Origin: the human T2T-CHM13v2.0 reference genome, Homo sapiens
Assembly: GCF_009914755.1 (NCBI RefSeq)
Contig: NC_060942.1
Reading direction: 5' to 3' (one strand)
DNA length: 64,000 bases
Numbering within the stretch: position 1 is the first letter of the stretch; every line of letters begins with the position of its first letter. The position numbers were made by a program, and so were the translations under genes. Below, piece after piece: positions 49,701-61,700 of the stretch. Under the pieces are notes generated by a model that worked only from the letters and a program-made list of their open reading frames with translations, did no database searches and was not told where the DNA came from.

Positions 49701-52700
49701 ACATTCTCTTTGGTAGAGCAGGTTTGAAACACTCTTTTTTTAGTATATGGAAGTGGACATTTGGAGCGCTTTCAGGCCTACTTTGGAAAAGGAAATATCT
49801 TCCCATAACAACTAGACAGAAGCATTCTCAGAAACTAGTTTCTGATGTGTGTCCTCAACTAACACAGTTGTACATTTCTTTAGACAGAACAGTTTTGAAA
49901 CACTCTTTTTGTGGAATCTGCAAGTGGATATTTGGCTAGATTTGAGGATTTCGTTGGAAACGGGATTACATATAAAAAGCAGTCAGCAGCTTTCTCAGAA
50001 AGTTCTTTGTGATGATTGTATTCAAGTCACAGAATTGAACATTCCCTTTCACAGAGCAGGTTTGAAACACACTTTTTGTAGTATGTGTAAGTGGACATTT
50101 GGAGCGCTTTCCGGCCTAAGGTGAAAAAGGAAATATCTTCCCATAAAAACTAGACAGAAGCATTCTCAGAAACTTACTCGTGATGTGTGTCCTCAACTAA
50201 AGGAGTAGAACCTTTCTTTTCATAGAGAAGTTTTGAAACGCTCTTTTTGTGGAATCTGCAAGTGGATATTTGGCTAGTTTTGAGGATTTCGTTGGAAGCG
50301 GGAATTCATACAAATTGCAGACTGCAGCGTTTTGAGAAACATCTTTGTGATGTTTGTATTCAGGACACAGAGTTGAACATTCCCTATCATAGAGCAGGTT
50401 TGAATCACTCCTTTTGTAGTATCTGGAAGTGGAAATTTGGAGCGCTTTCAGGCCTATGTTGGAAAAGGAAATATCTTCCCATAACAACTAGACAGAAGCA
50501 TTCTCAGAAACTTATTTGAGATGTGTGTACTCAACTAAGAGAATTGAACCACCGTTTTGAAGGAGCAGTTTTGAAACACTCTTTTTCTGGAATCTGCAAG
50601 TGGATATTTGGCTAGCTTTGGGGATTTCGCTGGAAGCGGGAATACATATAAAAAGCACACAGCAGCGTTCTGAGAAACTGCTTTCTGATGTTTGCATTCA
50701 AGTCAAAAGTTGAACACTCCCTTTCATAGAGCAGTCTTGAAACACCCCTTTTGTAGTATCTGGAACTGGACATTTCGGGCGCTTTCAGGGCTAAGGTGAA
50801 AAAGGAAATATCTTCCCATAAAAACTGGACAGAAGCATTCTGAGAAACTTGTTTATGCTGTATCTACTCAACTAACAAATTTGAACCTTTCTTTTGATAG
50901 AGCAGTTTTGTAATGCTCTTTTTGTGGAATCTGCAAGTGGATATTTGGCTAGTTTTGAGGATTTCGTTGGAAGCGGGAATTCATACAAATTGCACACTGC
51001 AGCGTTCTGAGAAACAACTTTGTGATGCTTGTATTCAGGACACAGAGTTGAACATTCCCTATCATAGAGCAGGTTGGAATCACTCCTTTTGTAGTATCTG
51101 GAAGTGGACATTTGGAGCGCTTTCAGGCCTATGTTGAAAAAGGAAATATCTTCCCATAACAACTAGACACAAGCATTCTCAGAAACTTGTTTGTGATGTG
51201 TGCCCTCTACTGACAGAGTTGAACCTTTCTTTTCATAGAGCAGTTTTGAAACACTCTTTTTGTAGAATCTGCAAGAGGATATTTGCATAGCTTTGAGGAT
51301 TTCGCGGGAAACGGGATTGTCTTCAGGTAAAATCTAGACAGAAGTATTCTCAGAAACTTCTTTGGGATGTTTGCATTCAAGTCACAGAGTAGAACATTCC
51401 CTTTGGTAGAGCAGGTTTGAAACACTCTTTTTGTAGTATCTGGAAGTGGACATTTTGAGCGCTTTCAGGCCCATGTTGGAAAGGGAAATATCTTCCCGTA
51501 ACAACTAGGCAGAAGCATTCTCAGAAACTTATTTGAGATGTGTGTACTCAACTAAGAGAATTGAACCACCGTTTTGAAGGAGCAGTTTTGAAACACTCTT
51601 TTTCTGGAATCTGCAAGAGTATATCTTCCTAGGTTTGTGGATTTCGTTGGAAACGGGATTGTCTTCAGATAAAATCTAGACAGAAGCATTCTCAGAAACT
51701 TCTTTGGGATGTTTGCATTCAAGTCACAGAGTAGAACATTCCCTTTGGTAGAGCAGGTTTGAAACACTCTTTTTTTAGTATATGGAAGTGGACATTTGGA
51801 GCGCTTTCAGGCCTACGTTGGAAAAGGAAATATCTTCCCATAACAATTAGACAGAAGCATTCTCAGAAACTAGTTTCTGATGTGTGTCCTCAACTAACAC
51901 AGTTGAACTTTTCTTTAGACAGAACAGTTTTGGAACACTCTTTTTGTGGAATCTGCAAGTGGATAGTTGGCTAGATTTGAGGATTTCGTTGGAAACGGGA
52001 TTACATATAAAAAGCAGTCAGCAGCATTCTCAGAAAGTTCTTTGTGATGATTGCATTCAAGTCACAGAATTGAACATTCCCTTTCACAGAGCAGGTTTGA
52101 AACACTCTTTATGTAGTGTGTGTAAGTGGACATTTGGAGCACTTACCGGCCTAAGGTGAACAAGGAAATATCTTCCCATAAAAACTAGACAGAAGCATTC
52201 TCAGAAACTTACTCGTGATGTGTGTCCTCAACTAAAGGTGTAGAACCTTTCTTTTCATAGAGAAGTTTTGAAACGCTCTTTTTGTGGAATCTGCAAGTGG
52301 ATATTTGGCTAGTTTTGAGGATTTCGTTGGAAGCGGGAATTCATACAAATTGCAGACTGCAGCGTTCTGAGAAACATCTTTGTGATGTTTGTATTCAGGA
52401 CACAGAGTTGAACATTCCCTATCATAGAGCAGGTTTGAATCACTCCTTTTGTAGTATCTGGAAGTGGACATTTGGAGCGCTTTCAGGCCTATGTTGGAAA
52501 AGGAAATATCTTCCCATAACAACTAGACAGAAGCATTCTCAGAAACTTATTTGAGATGTGTGTACTCAACTAAGAGAATTGAACCACCGTTTTGAAGGAG
52601 CAGTTTTGAAGCACTCTTTTTCTGGAATCTGCAAGTGGATATTTGGCTAGCTTTGGGGATTTCGCTGGAAGCGGGAATACATATAAAAAGCACACAGCAG

Positions 52701-55700
52701 CGTTCTGAGAAACTGCTTTCTGATGTTTGCATTCAAGTCAAAAGTTGAACACTCCCTTTCATAGAGCAGTCTTGAAACACCCCTTTTGTAGTATCTGGAA
52801 CTGGACTTTTGGAGCGATTTCAGGGCTAAGGTGAAAAAGGAAATATCTTCCCATAAAAACTGGACAGAAGCATTCTCAGAAACTTGTTTATGCTGTATCT
52901 ACTCAACTAACAAAGTTGAACCTTTCTTTTGATAGAGCAGTTTTGAAATGGTCTTTTTGTGGAATCTGCAAGTGGATATTTGGCTAGTTTTGAGGATTTC
53001 GTTGGAAGCGGGAATTCATACAAATTGCAGACTGCAGCGTTCTGAGAAACATCTTTGTGATGTTTTTATTCAGGACACAGAGTTGAACATTCCCTGTCCT
53101 AGAGCAGGTTGGAATCACTCCTTTTGTAGTATCTGGAAGTGGACATTTGGAGCGCTTTCAGGCCTATTTTGGAAAGGGAAATATCTTCCCATAACAACTA
53201 TGCAGAAGCATTCTCAGAAACTTGTTTGTGATGTGTGCCCTCTACTGACAGATTTGAACCTTTCTTTTCATAGAGCAGTTTTGAAACACTCTTTTTGTAG
53301 AATCTGCAAGAGGATATTTGCATAGCTTTGAGGATTTCGTGGGAAACGGGATTGTCTTCAGGTAAAATCTAGACAGAAGGATTCTCAGAAACTTCTTTGG
53401 GATGTTTGCATTCAAGTCACAGAGTAGAACATTCCCTTTGGTAGAGCAGGTTTGAAACACTCTTTTTGTAGTATCTGGAAGTGGACATATGGAGCGCTTT
53501 CAGGCTCATGTTGGAAAGGGAAATATCTTCCCTTAACAACTAGGCAGAAGCATTCTCAGAAACTTATTTGAGATGTGTGTACTCAACTAAGAGAATTGAA
53601 CCACCGTTTTGAAGGAGCAGTTTTGAAACACTCTTTTTCTGGATTCTGCAAGAATATATTTGCCTAGCCTTGAGGATTTCGTTGGAAACTGGATTGTCTT
53701 CAGATAAAATCTAGACAGAAGCATTCTCAGAAACTTCTTTGGGATGTTTGCATTCAAGTCACAGAGTAGAACATTCTCTTTGGTAGAGCAGGTTTGAAAC
53801 AATCTTTTTTTAGTATATGGAAGTGGACATTTGGAGCGCTTTCAGGCCTACGTTGGAGAAGGAAATATCTTCCCATAACAACTAGACCGAAGCATTCTCA
53901 GAAACTAGTTTCTGATGTGTGTCCTCAACTAACACAGTTGTACATTTCTTTAGACAGAACAGTTATGAAACACTCTTTTTGTGGAATCTGCAAGTGGATA
54001 TTTGGCTAGATTTGAGGATTTCGTTGGAAACGGGATTACATATAAAAAGCAGTCAGCAGCATTCTCAGATAGTTCTTTGTGATGATTGCATTCAAGTCAC
54101 AGAATTGAAAATTCCCTTTCACAGAGCAGGTTTGAAACACTCTTTTTGTAGTGTGTGTAAGTGGACATTTGGAGCGCTTTCTGGCCTAAGGTGAAAAAGG
54201 AAATATCTTCCCATAAAAACTAGACAGAAGCATTCTCAGAAACTTACTCGTGATGTGTGTCCTCAACTAAAGGAGTAGAACCTTTCTTTTCATAGAGAAG
54301 TTTTGAAACGCTCTTTTTGTGGAATCTGCAAGTGGACATTTGGCTAGTTTTGAGGATTTCGTTGGAAGCGGGAATTCATACAAATTGCAGACTGCAGCGT
54401 TCTGAGAAACATCTTTGTGATGTTTGTATTCAGGACACAGAGATGAACATTCCCTATCATAGAGCAGGTTGGAATCACTCCTTTTGTAGTATCTGGAAGT
54501 GGACATTTGGAGCGCTTTCAGGCCTATGTTGAAAAAGGAAATATCTTCCCATAACAACTAGACACAAGCATTCTCAGAAACTTGTTTGTGATGTGTGCCC
54601 TCTACTGACAGAGTTGAACCTTTCTTTTCATAGAGCAGTTTTGAAACACTCTTTTTGTAGAATCTGCAAGAGGATATTTGCATAGCTTTGAGGATTTCGT
54701 GGGAAACGGGATTGTCTTCAGGTAAAATCTAGACAGAAGCATTCTCAGAAACTTCTTTGGGATGTTTGCATTCAAGTCACAGAGTAGAACATTCCCTTTG
54801 GTAGAGCAGGTTTGAAACCCTCTTTTTGTAGTATCTGGAAGTGGACATTTGGAGCACTTTCAGGCCCATGTTGGAAAGGGAAATATCTTTCCGTAACAAC
54901 TAGGCAGAAGCATTCTCAGAAACTTATTTGAGATGTGTGTACTCAACTAAGAGAATTGAACCACCGTTTTGAAGGAGCAGTTTTGAAACACTCTTTTTCT
55001 GGAATCTGCAAGAGTATATTTGCCTAGCCTTGAGGATTTCGTTGGAAACGGGATTGTCTTCAGATAAAATCTAGACAGAAGCATTCTCAGAAACTTCTTT
55101 GGGATGTTTGCATTCAAGTCACAGAGTAGAACATTCCCTTTGGTAGAGCAGGTTTGAAACACTCTTTTTTTAGTATATGGAAGTGGACATTTGGAGCGCT
55201 TTCAGGCCTACGTTGGAAAAGGAAATATCTTCCCATAACAACTAGACAGAAGCATTCTCAGAAACTAGTTTCTGATGTGTGTCCTCAACTAACACAGTTG
55301 AACTTTTCTTTACACAGAACAGTTTTGAAACACTCTTTTTGTGGAATCTGCAAGTGGATATTTGGCTAGATTTGAGGATTTCGTTGGAAACGGGATTACA
55401 TATAAAAAGCAGACAGCAGCATTCTCAGAAAGTTCTTTGTGATGATTGCATTCAAGTCACAGAATTGAACATTCCCTTTCACAGAGCAGGTTTGAAACAC
55501 TCTTTTTGTAGTGTGTGTAAGTGGACATTTGGAGCGCTTTCCGGCCTAAGGTGAAAAAAGAAATATCTTCCCATAAAAACTAGACAGAAGCATTCTCAGA
55601 AACTTACTCGTGATGTGTGTCCTCAACTAAAGGAGTAGAACCTTTCTTTTCATAGAGAAGTTTTGAAACGCTCTTTTTGTGGAATCTGCAAGTGGATATT

Positions 55701-58700
55701 TGCCTAGTTTTGAGGATTTCGTTGGAAGCGGGAATTCATACAAATTGCAGACTGCAGCGTTCTGAGAAACATATTTGTGATGTTTGTATTCAGGACACAG
55801 AGATGAACATTCCCTATCATAGAGCAGGTTGGAATCACTCCTTTTGTAGTATCTGGAAGTGGACATTTGGAGCGCTTTCAGGCCTATGTTGAAAAAGGAA
55901 ATATCTTCCCATAACAACTAGACACAAGCATTCTCAGAAACTTGTTTGTGATGTGTGCCCTCTACTGACAGAGTTGAACCTTTCTTTTCATAGAGCAGTT
56001 TTGAAACACTCTTTTTGTAGAATCTGCAAAAGGATATTTGCATAGCTTTGAGGATTTCGTGGGAAACGGGATTGTCTTCAGGTAAAATCTAGACAGAAGC
56101 ATTCTCAGAAACTTCTCTGGGATGTTTGCATTCAAGTCACACAGTAGAACATTCCCTTTGGTAGAGCAGGTTTGAAACACTCTTTTTGTAGTATCTGGAA
56201 GTGGACATTTGGAGCGCTTTCAGGCCCATGTTGGAAAGGGAAATATCTTCCCGTAACAACTAGGCAGAAGCATTCTCAGAAACATATTTGAGATGTGTGT
56301 ACTCAACTAAGAGAATTGAACCACCGTTTTGAAGGAGCAGTTTTGAAACACTCTTTTTCTGGAATCTGCAAGAGTATATTTGCCTAGCCTTGAGGATTTC
56401 GTTGGAAACGGGATTGTCTTCAGATAAAATCTAGACAGAAGCATTCTCAGAAACTTCTTTGGGATGTTTGCATTCAAGTCACAGAGTAGAACATTCCCTT
56501 TGGTAGAGCAGGTTTGAAACAATCTTTTTTTAGTATATGGAAGTGGACATTTGGAGCGCTTTCAGGCCTACGTTGGAAAAGGAAATATCTTCCCATAACA
56601 ACTAGACCGAAGCATTCTCAGAAACTAGTTTCTGATGTGTGTCCTCAACTAACACAGTTGTACATTTCTTTAGACAGAACAGTTATGAAACACTCTTTTT
56701 GTGGAATCTGCAAGTGGATATTTGGCTAGATTTGAGGATTTCGTTGGAAACGGGATTACATATAAAAAGCAGTCAGCAGCATTCTCAGATAGTTCTTTGT
56801 GATGATTGCATTCAAGTCACAGAATTGAAAATTCCCTTTCACAGAGCAGGTTTGAAACACTCTTTTTGTAGTGTGTGTAAGTGGACATTTGGAGCGCTTT
56901 CTGGCCTAAGGTGAAAAAGGAAATATCTTCCCATAAAAACTAGACAGAAGCATTCTCAGAAACTTACTCGTGATGTGTGTCCTCAACTAAAGGAGTAGAA
57001 CCTTTCTTTTCATAGAGAAGTTTTGAAACGCTCTTTTTGTGGAATCTCCAAGTGGACATTGGCTAGTTTTGAGGATTTCGTTGGAAGCGGGAATTCATAC
57101 AAATTGCAGACTGCAGCGTTCTGAGAAACATCTTTGTGATGTTTGTATTCAGGACACAGAGATGAACATTCCCTATCATAGAGCAGGTTGGAATCACTCC
57201 TTTTGTAGTATCTGGAAGTGGACATTTGGAGCGCTTTCAGGCCTATGTTGAAAAAGGAAATATCTTCCCATAACAACTAGACACAAGCATTCTCAGAAAC
57301 TTGTTTGTGATGTGTGCCCTCTACTGACAGAGTTGAACCTTTCTTTTCATAGAGCAGTTTTGAAACACTCTTTTTGTAGAATCTGCAAGAGGATATTTGC
57401 ATAGCTTTGAGGATTTCGTGGGAAACGGGATTGTCTTCAGGTAAAATCTAGACAGAAGCATTCTCAGAAACTTCTTTGGGATGTTTGCATTCAAGTCACA
57501 GAGTAGAACATTCCCTTTGGTAGAGCAGGTTTGAAACCCTCTTTTTGTAGTATCTGGAAGTGGACATTTGGAGCACTTTCAGGCCCATGTTGGAAAGGGA
57601 AATATCTTCCCGTAACAACTAGGCAGAAGCATTCTCAGAAACTTATTTGAGATGTGTGTACTCAACTAAGAGAATTGAACCACCGTTTTGAAGGAGCAGT
57701 TTTGAAACACTCTTTTTCTGGAATCTGCAAGAGTATATTTGCCTAGCCTTGAGGATTTCGTTGGAAACGGGATTGTCTTCAGATAAAATCTAGACAGAAG
57801 CATTCTCAGAAACTTCTTTGGGATGTTTGCATTCAAGTCACAGAGTAGAACATTCCCTTTGGTAGAGCAGGTTTGAAACACTCTTTTTTTAGTATATGGA
57901 AGTGGACATTTGGAGCGCTTTCAGGCCTACGTTGGAAAAGGAAATATCTTCCCATAACAACTAGACAGAAGCATTCTCAGAAACTAGTTTCTGATGTGTG
58001 TCCTCAACTAACACAGTTGAACTTTTCTTTAGACAGAACAGTTTTGAAACACTCTTTTTGTGGAATCTGCAAGTGGATATTTGGCTAGATTTGAGGATTT
58101 CGTTGGAAACGGGATTACATATAAAAAGCAGACAGCAGCATTCTCAGAAAGTTCTTTGTGATGATTGCATTCAAGTCACAGAATTGAACATTCCCTTTCA
58201 CAGAGCAGGTTTGAAACACTCTTTTTGTAGTGTGTGTAAGTGGACATTTGGAGCGCTTTCCGGCCTAAGGTGAAAAAGGAAATATCTTCCCATAAAAACT
58301 AGACAGAAGCATTCTCAGAAACTTACTCGTGATGTGTGTCCTCAACTAAAGGAGTAGAACCTTTCTATTCATAGAGAAGTTTTCAAACGCTCTTTTTGTG
58401 GAATCTCCAAGTGGATATTTGGCTAGTTTTGAGGATTTCGTTGGAAGCGGGAATTCATACAAATTGCAGACTGCAGCGTTATGAGAAACATCTTTGTGAT
58501 GTTTGTATTCAGGACACAGAGATGAACATTCCCTATCATAGAGCAGGTTGGAATCACTCCTTTTGTAGTATCTGGAAGTGGACATTTGGAGCGCTTTCAG
58601 GCCTATGTTGAAAAAGGAAATATCTTCCCATAACAACTAGACACAAGTATTCTCAGAAACTTGTTTGTGATGTGTGCCCTCTACTGACAGAGTTGAACCT

Positions 58701-61700
58701 TTCTTTTCATAGAGCAGTTTTGAAACACTCTTTTTGTAGAATCTGCAAGAGGATATTTGCATAGCTTTGAGGATTTCGTGGGAAACGGGATTGTCTTCAG
58801 GTAAAATCTAGACAGAAGCATTCTCAGAAACTTCTTTGGGATGTTTGCATTCAAGTCACAGAGTAGAACATTCCCTTTGGTAGAGCAGGTTTGAAACACT
58901 CTTTTTGTAGTATCTGGAAGTGGACATTTGGAGCGCGTTCAGGCCCATGTTGGAAAGGGAAATATCTTCCCGTAACAACTAGGCAGAAGCATTCTCAGAA
59001 ACTTATTTGAGATGTGTGTACTCAACTAAGAGAATTGAACCACCGTTTTGAAGGAGCAGTTTTGAAACACTCTTTTTCTGGATTCTGCAAGAATATATTT
59101 GCCTAGCCTTGAGGATTTCGTTGGAAACGGGATTGTCTTCAGATAAAATCTAGACAGAAGCATTCTCAGAAACTTCTTTGGGATGTTTGCATTCAAGTCA
59201 CAGAGTAGAACATTCTCTTTGGTAGAGCAGGTTTGAAACACTCTTTTTTTAGTATATGGAAGTGGACATTTGGAGCGCTTTCAGGCCTACTTTGGAAAAG
59301 GAAATATCTTCCCATAACAACTAGACAGAAGCATTCTCAGAAACTAGTTTCTGATGTGTGTCCTCAACTAACACAGTTGTACATTTCTTTAGACAGAACA
59401 GTTTTGAAACACTCTTTTTGTGGAATCTGCAAGTGGATATTTGGCTAGATTTGAGGATTTCGTTGGAAACGGGATTACATATAAAAAGCAGTCAGCAGCA
59501 TTCTCAGAAAGTTCTTTGTGATGATTGTATTCAAGTCACAGAATTGAACATTCCCTTTCACAGAGCAGGTTTGAAACACACTTTTTGTAGTATGTGTAAG
59601 TGGACATTTGGAGCGCTTTCCGGCCTAAGGTGAAAAAGGAAATATCTTCCCATAAAAACTAGACAGAAGCATTCTCAGAAACTTACTCGTGATGTGTGTC
59701 CTCAACTAAAGGAGTAGAACCTTTCTTTTCATAGAGAAGTTTTGAAACCCTCTTTTTGTGGAATCTGCAAGTGGATATTTGGCTAGTTTTGAGGATTTCG
59801 TTGGAAGCGGGAATTCATACAAATTGCAGACTGCAGCGTTCTGAGAAACATCTTTGTGATGTTTGTATTCAGGACACAGAGTTGAACATTCCCTATCATA
59901 GAGCAGGTTTGAATCACTCCTTTTGTAGTATCTGGAAGTGGAAATTTGGAGCGCTTTCAGGCCTATGTTGGAAAAGGAAATATCTTCCCATAACAACTAG
60001 ACAGAAGCATTCTCAGAAACTTATTTGAGATGTGTGTACTCAACTAAGAGAATTGAACCACCGTTTTGAAGGAGCAGTTTTGAAACACTCTTTTTCTGGA
60101 ATCTGCAAGTGGATATTTGGCTAGCTTTGGGGATTTCGCTGGAAGCGGGAATACATATAAAAAGCACACAGCAGCGTTCTGAGAAACTGCTTTCTGATGT
60201 TTGCATTCAAGTCAAAAGTTGAACACTCCCTTTCATAGAGCAGTCTTGAAACACCCCTTTTGTAGTATCTGGAACTGGACTTTTGGGGCGCTTTCAGGGC
60301 TAAGGTGAAAAAGGAAATATCTTCCCATAAAAACTGGACAGAAGCATTCTCAGAAACTTGTTTATGCTGTATCTACTCAACTAACAAAGTTGAACCTTTC
60401 TTTTGATAGAGCAGTTTTGAAATGGTCTTTTTGTGGAATCTGCAAGTGGATATTTGGCTAGTTTTGAGGATTTCGTTGGAAGCGGGAATTCATACAAATT
60501 GCAGACTGCAGCGTTCTGAGAAACATCTTTGTGATGTTTGTATTCAGGACACAGAGTTGAACATTCCCTATCATAGAGCAGGTTGGAATCACTCCTTTTG
60601 TAGTATCTGGAAGTGGACATTTGGAGCGCTTTCAGGCCTATGTTAAAAAAGGAAATATCTTCCCATAACAACTAGACACAAGCATTCTCAGAAACTTGTT
60701 TGTGATGTGTGCCCTCTACTGACAGAGTTGAACCTTTCTTTTCATAGAGCAGTTTTGAAACACTCTTTTTGTAGAATCTGCAAGAGGATATTTGCATAGC
60801 TTTGAGGATTTCGTGGGAAACGGGATTGTCTTCAGGTAAAATCTAGACAGAAGCATTCTCAGAAACTTCTTTGGGATGTTTGCATTCAAGTCACAGAGTA
60901 GAACATTCCCTTTGGTAGAGCAGGTTTGAAACACTCTTTTTGTAGTATCTGGAAGTGGACATTTGGAGCGCTTTCGGGCCCATGATGGAAAGGGAAATAT
61001 CTTCCCGTAACAACTAGGCAGAAGCATTCTCAGAAACTTATTTGAGATGTGTGTACTCAACTAAGAGAATTGAACCACCGTTTTGAAGGAGCAGTTTTGA
61101 AACACTCTTTTTCTGGAATCTGCAAGAGTATATCTTCCTAGCTTTGTGGAATTCGTTGGAAACGGGATTGTCTTCAGATAAAATCTAGACAGAAGCATTC
61201 TCAGAAACTTCTTTGGGATGTTTGCATTCAAGTCACAGAGTAGAACATTCCCTTTGGTAGAGCAGGTTTGAAACACTCTTTTTTTAGTATATGGAAGTGG
61301 ACATTTTGATCGCTTTCAGGCCTACGTTGGAAAAGGAAATATCTTCCCATAACAACTAGACAGAAGCATTCTCAGAAACTAGTTTCTGATGTGTGTCCTC
61401 AACTAACACAGTTGAACATTTCTTTAGACAGAACAGTTTTGAAACACTCTTTTTGTGGAATCTGCAAGTGGCTATTTGGCTAGATTTGAGGATTTCGTTG
61501 GAAACGGGATTACATATAAAAAGCAGTCAGCAGCATTCTCAGAAAGTTCTTTGTGATGATTGCATTCAAGTCACAGAATTGAACATTCCCTTTCACAGAG
61601 CAGGTTTGAAACACTCTTTTTGTAGTGTGTGTAAGTGGACATTTGGAGCACTTACCGGCCTAAGGTGAAAAAGGAAATATCTTCCCATAAAAACTAGACA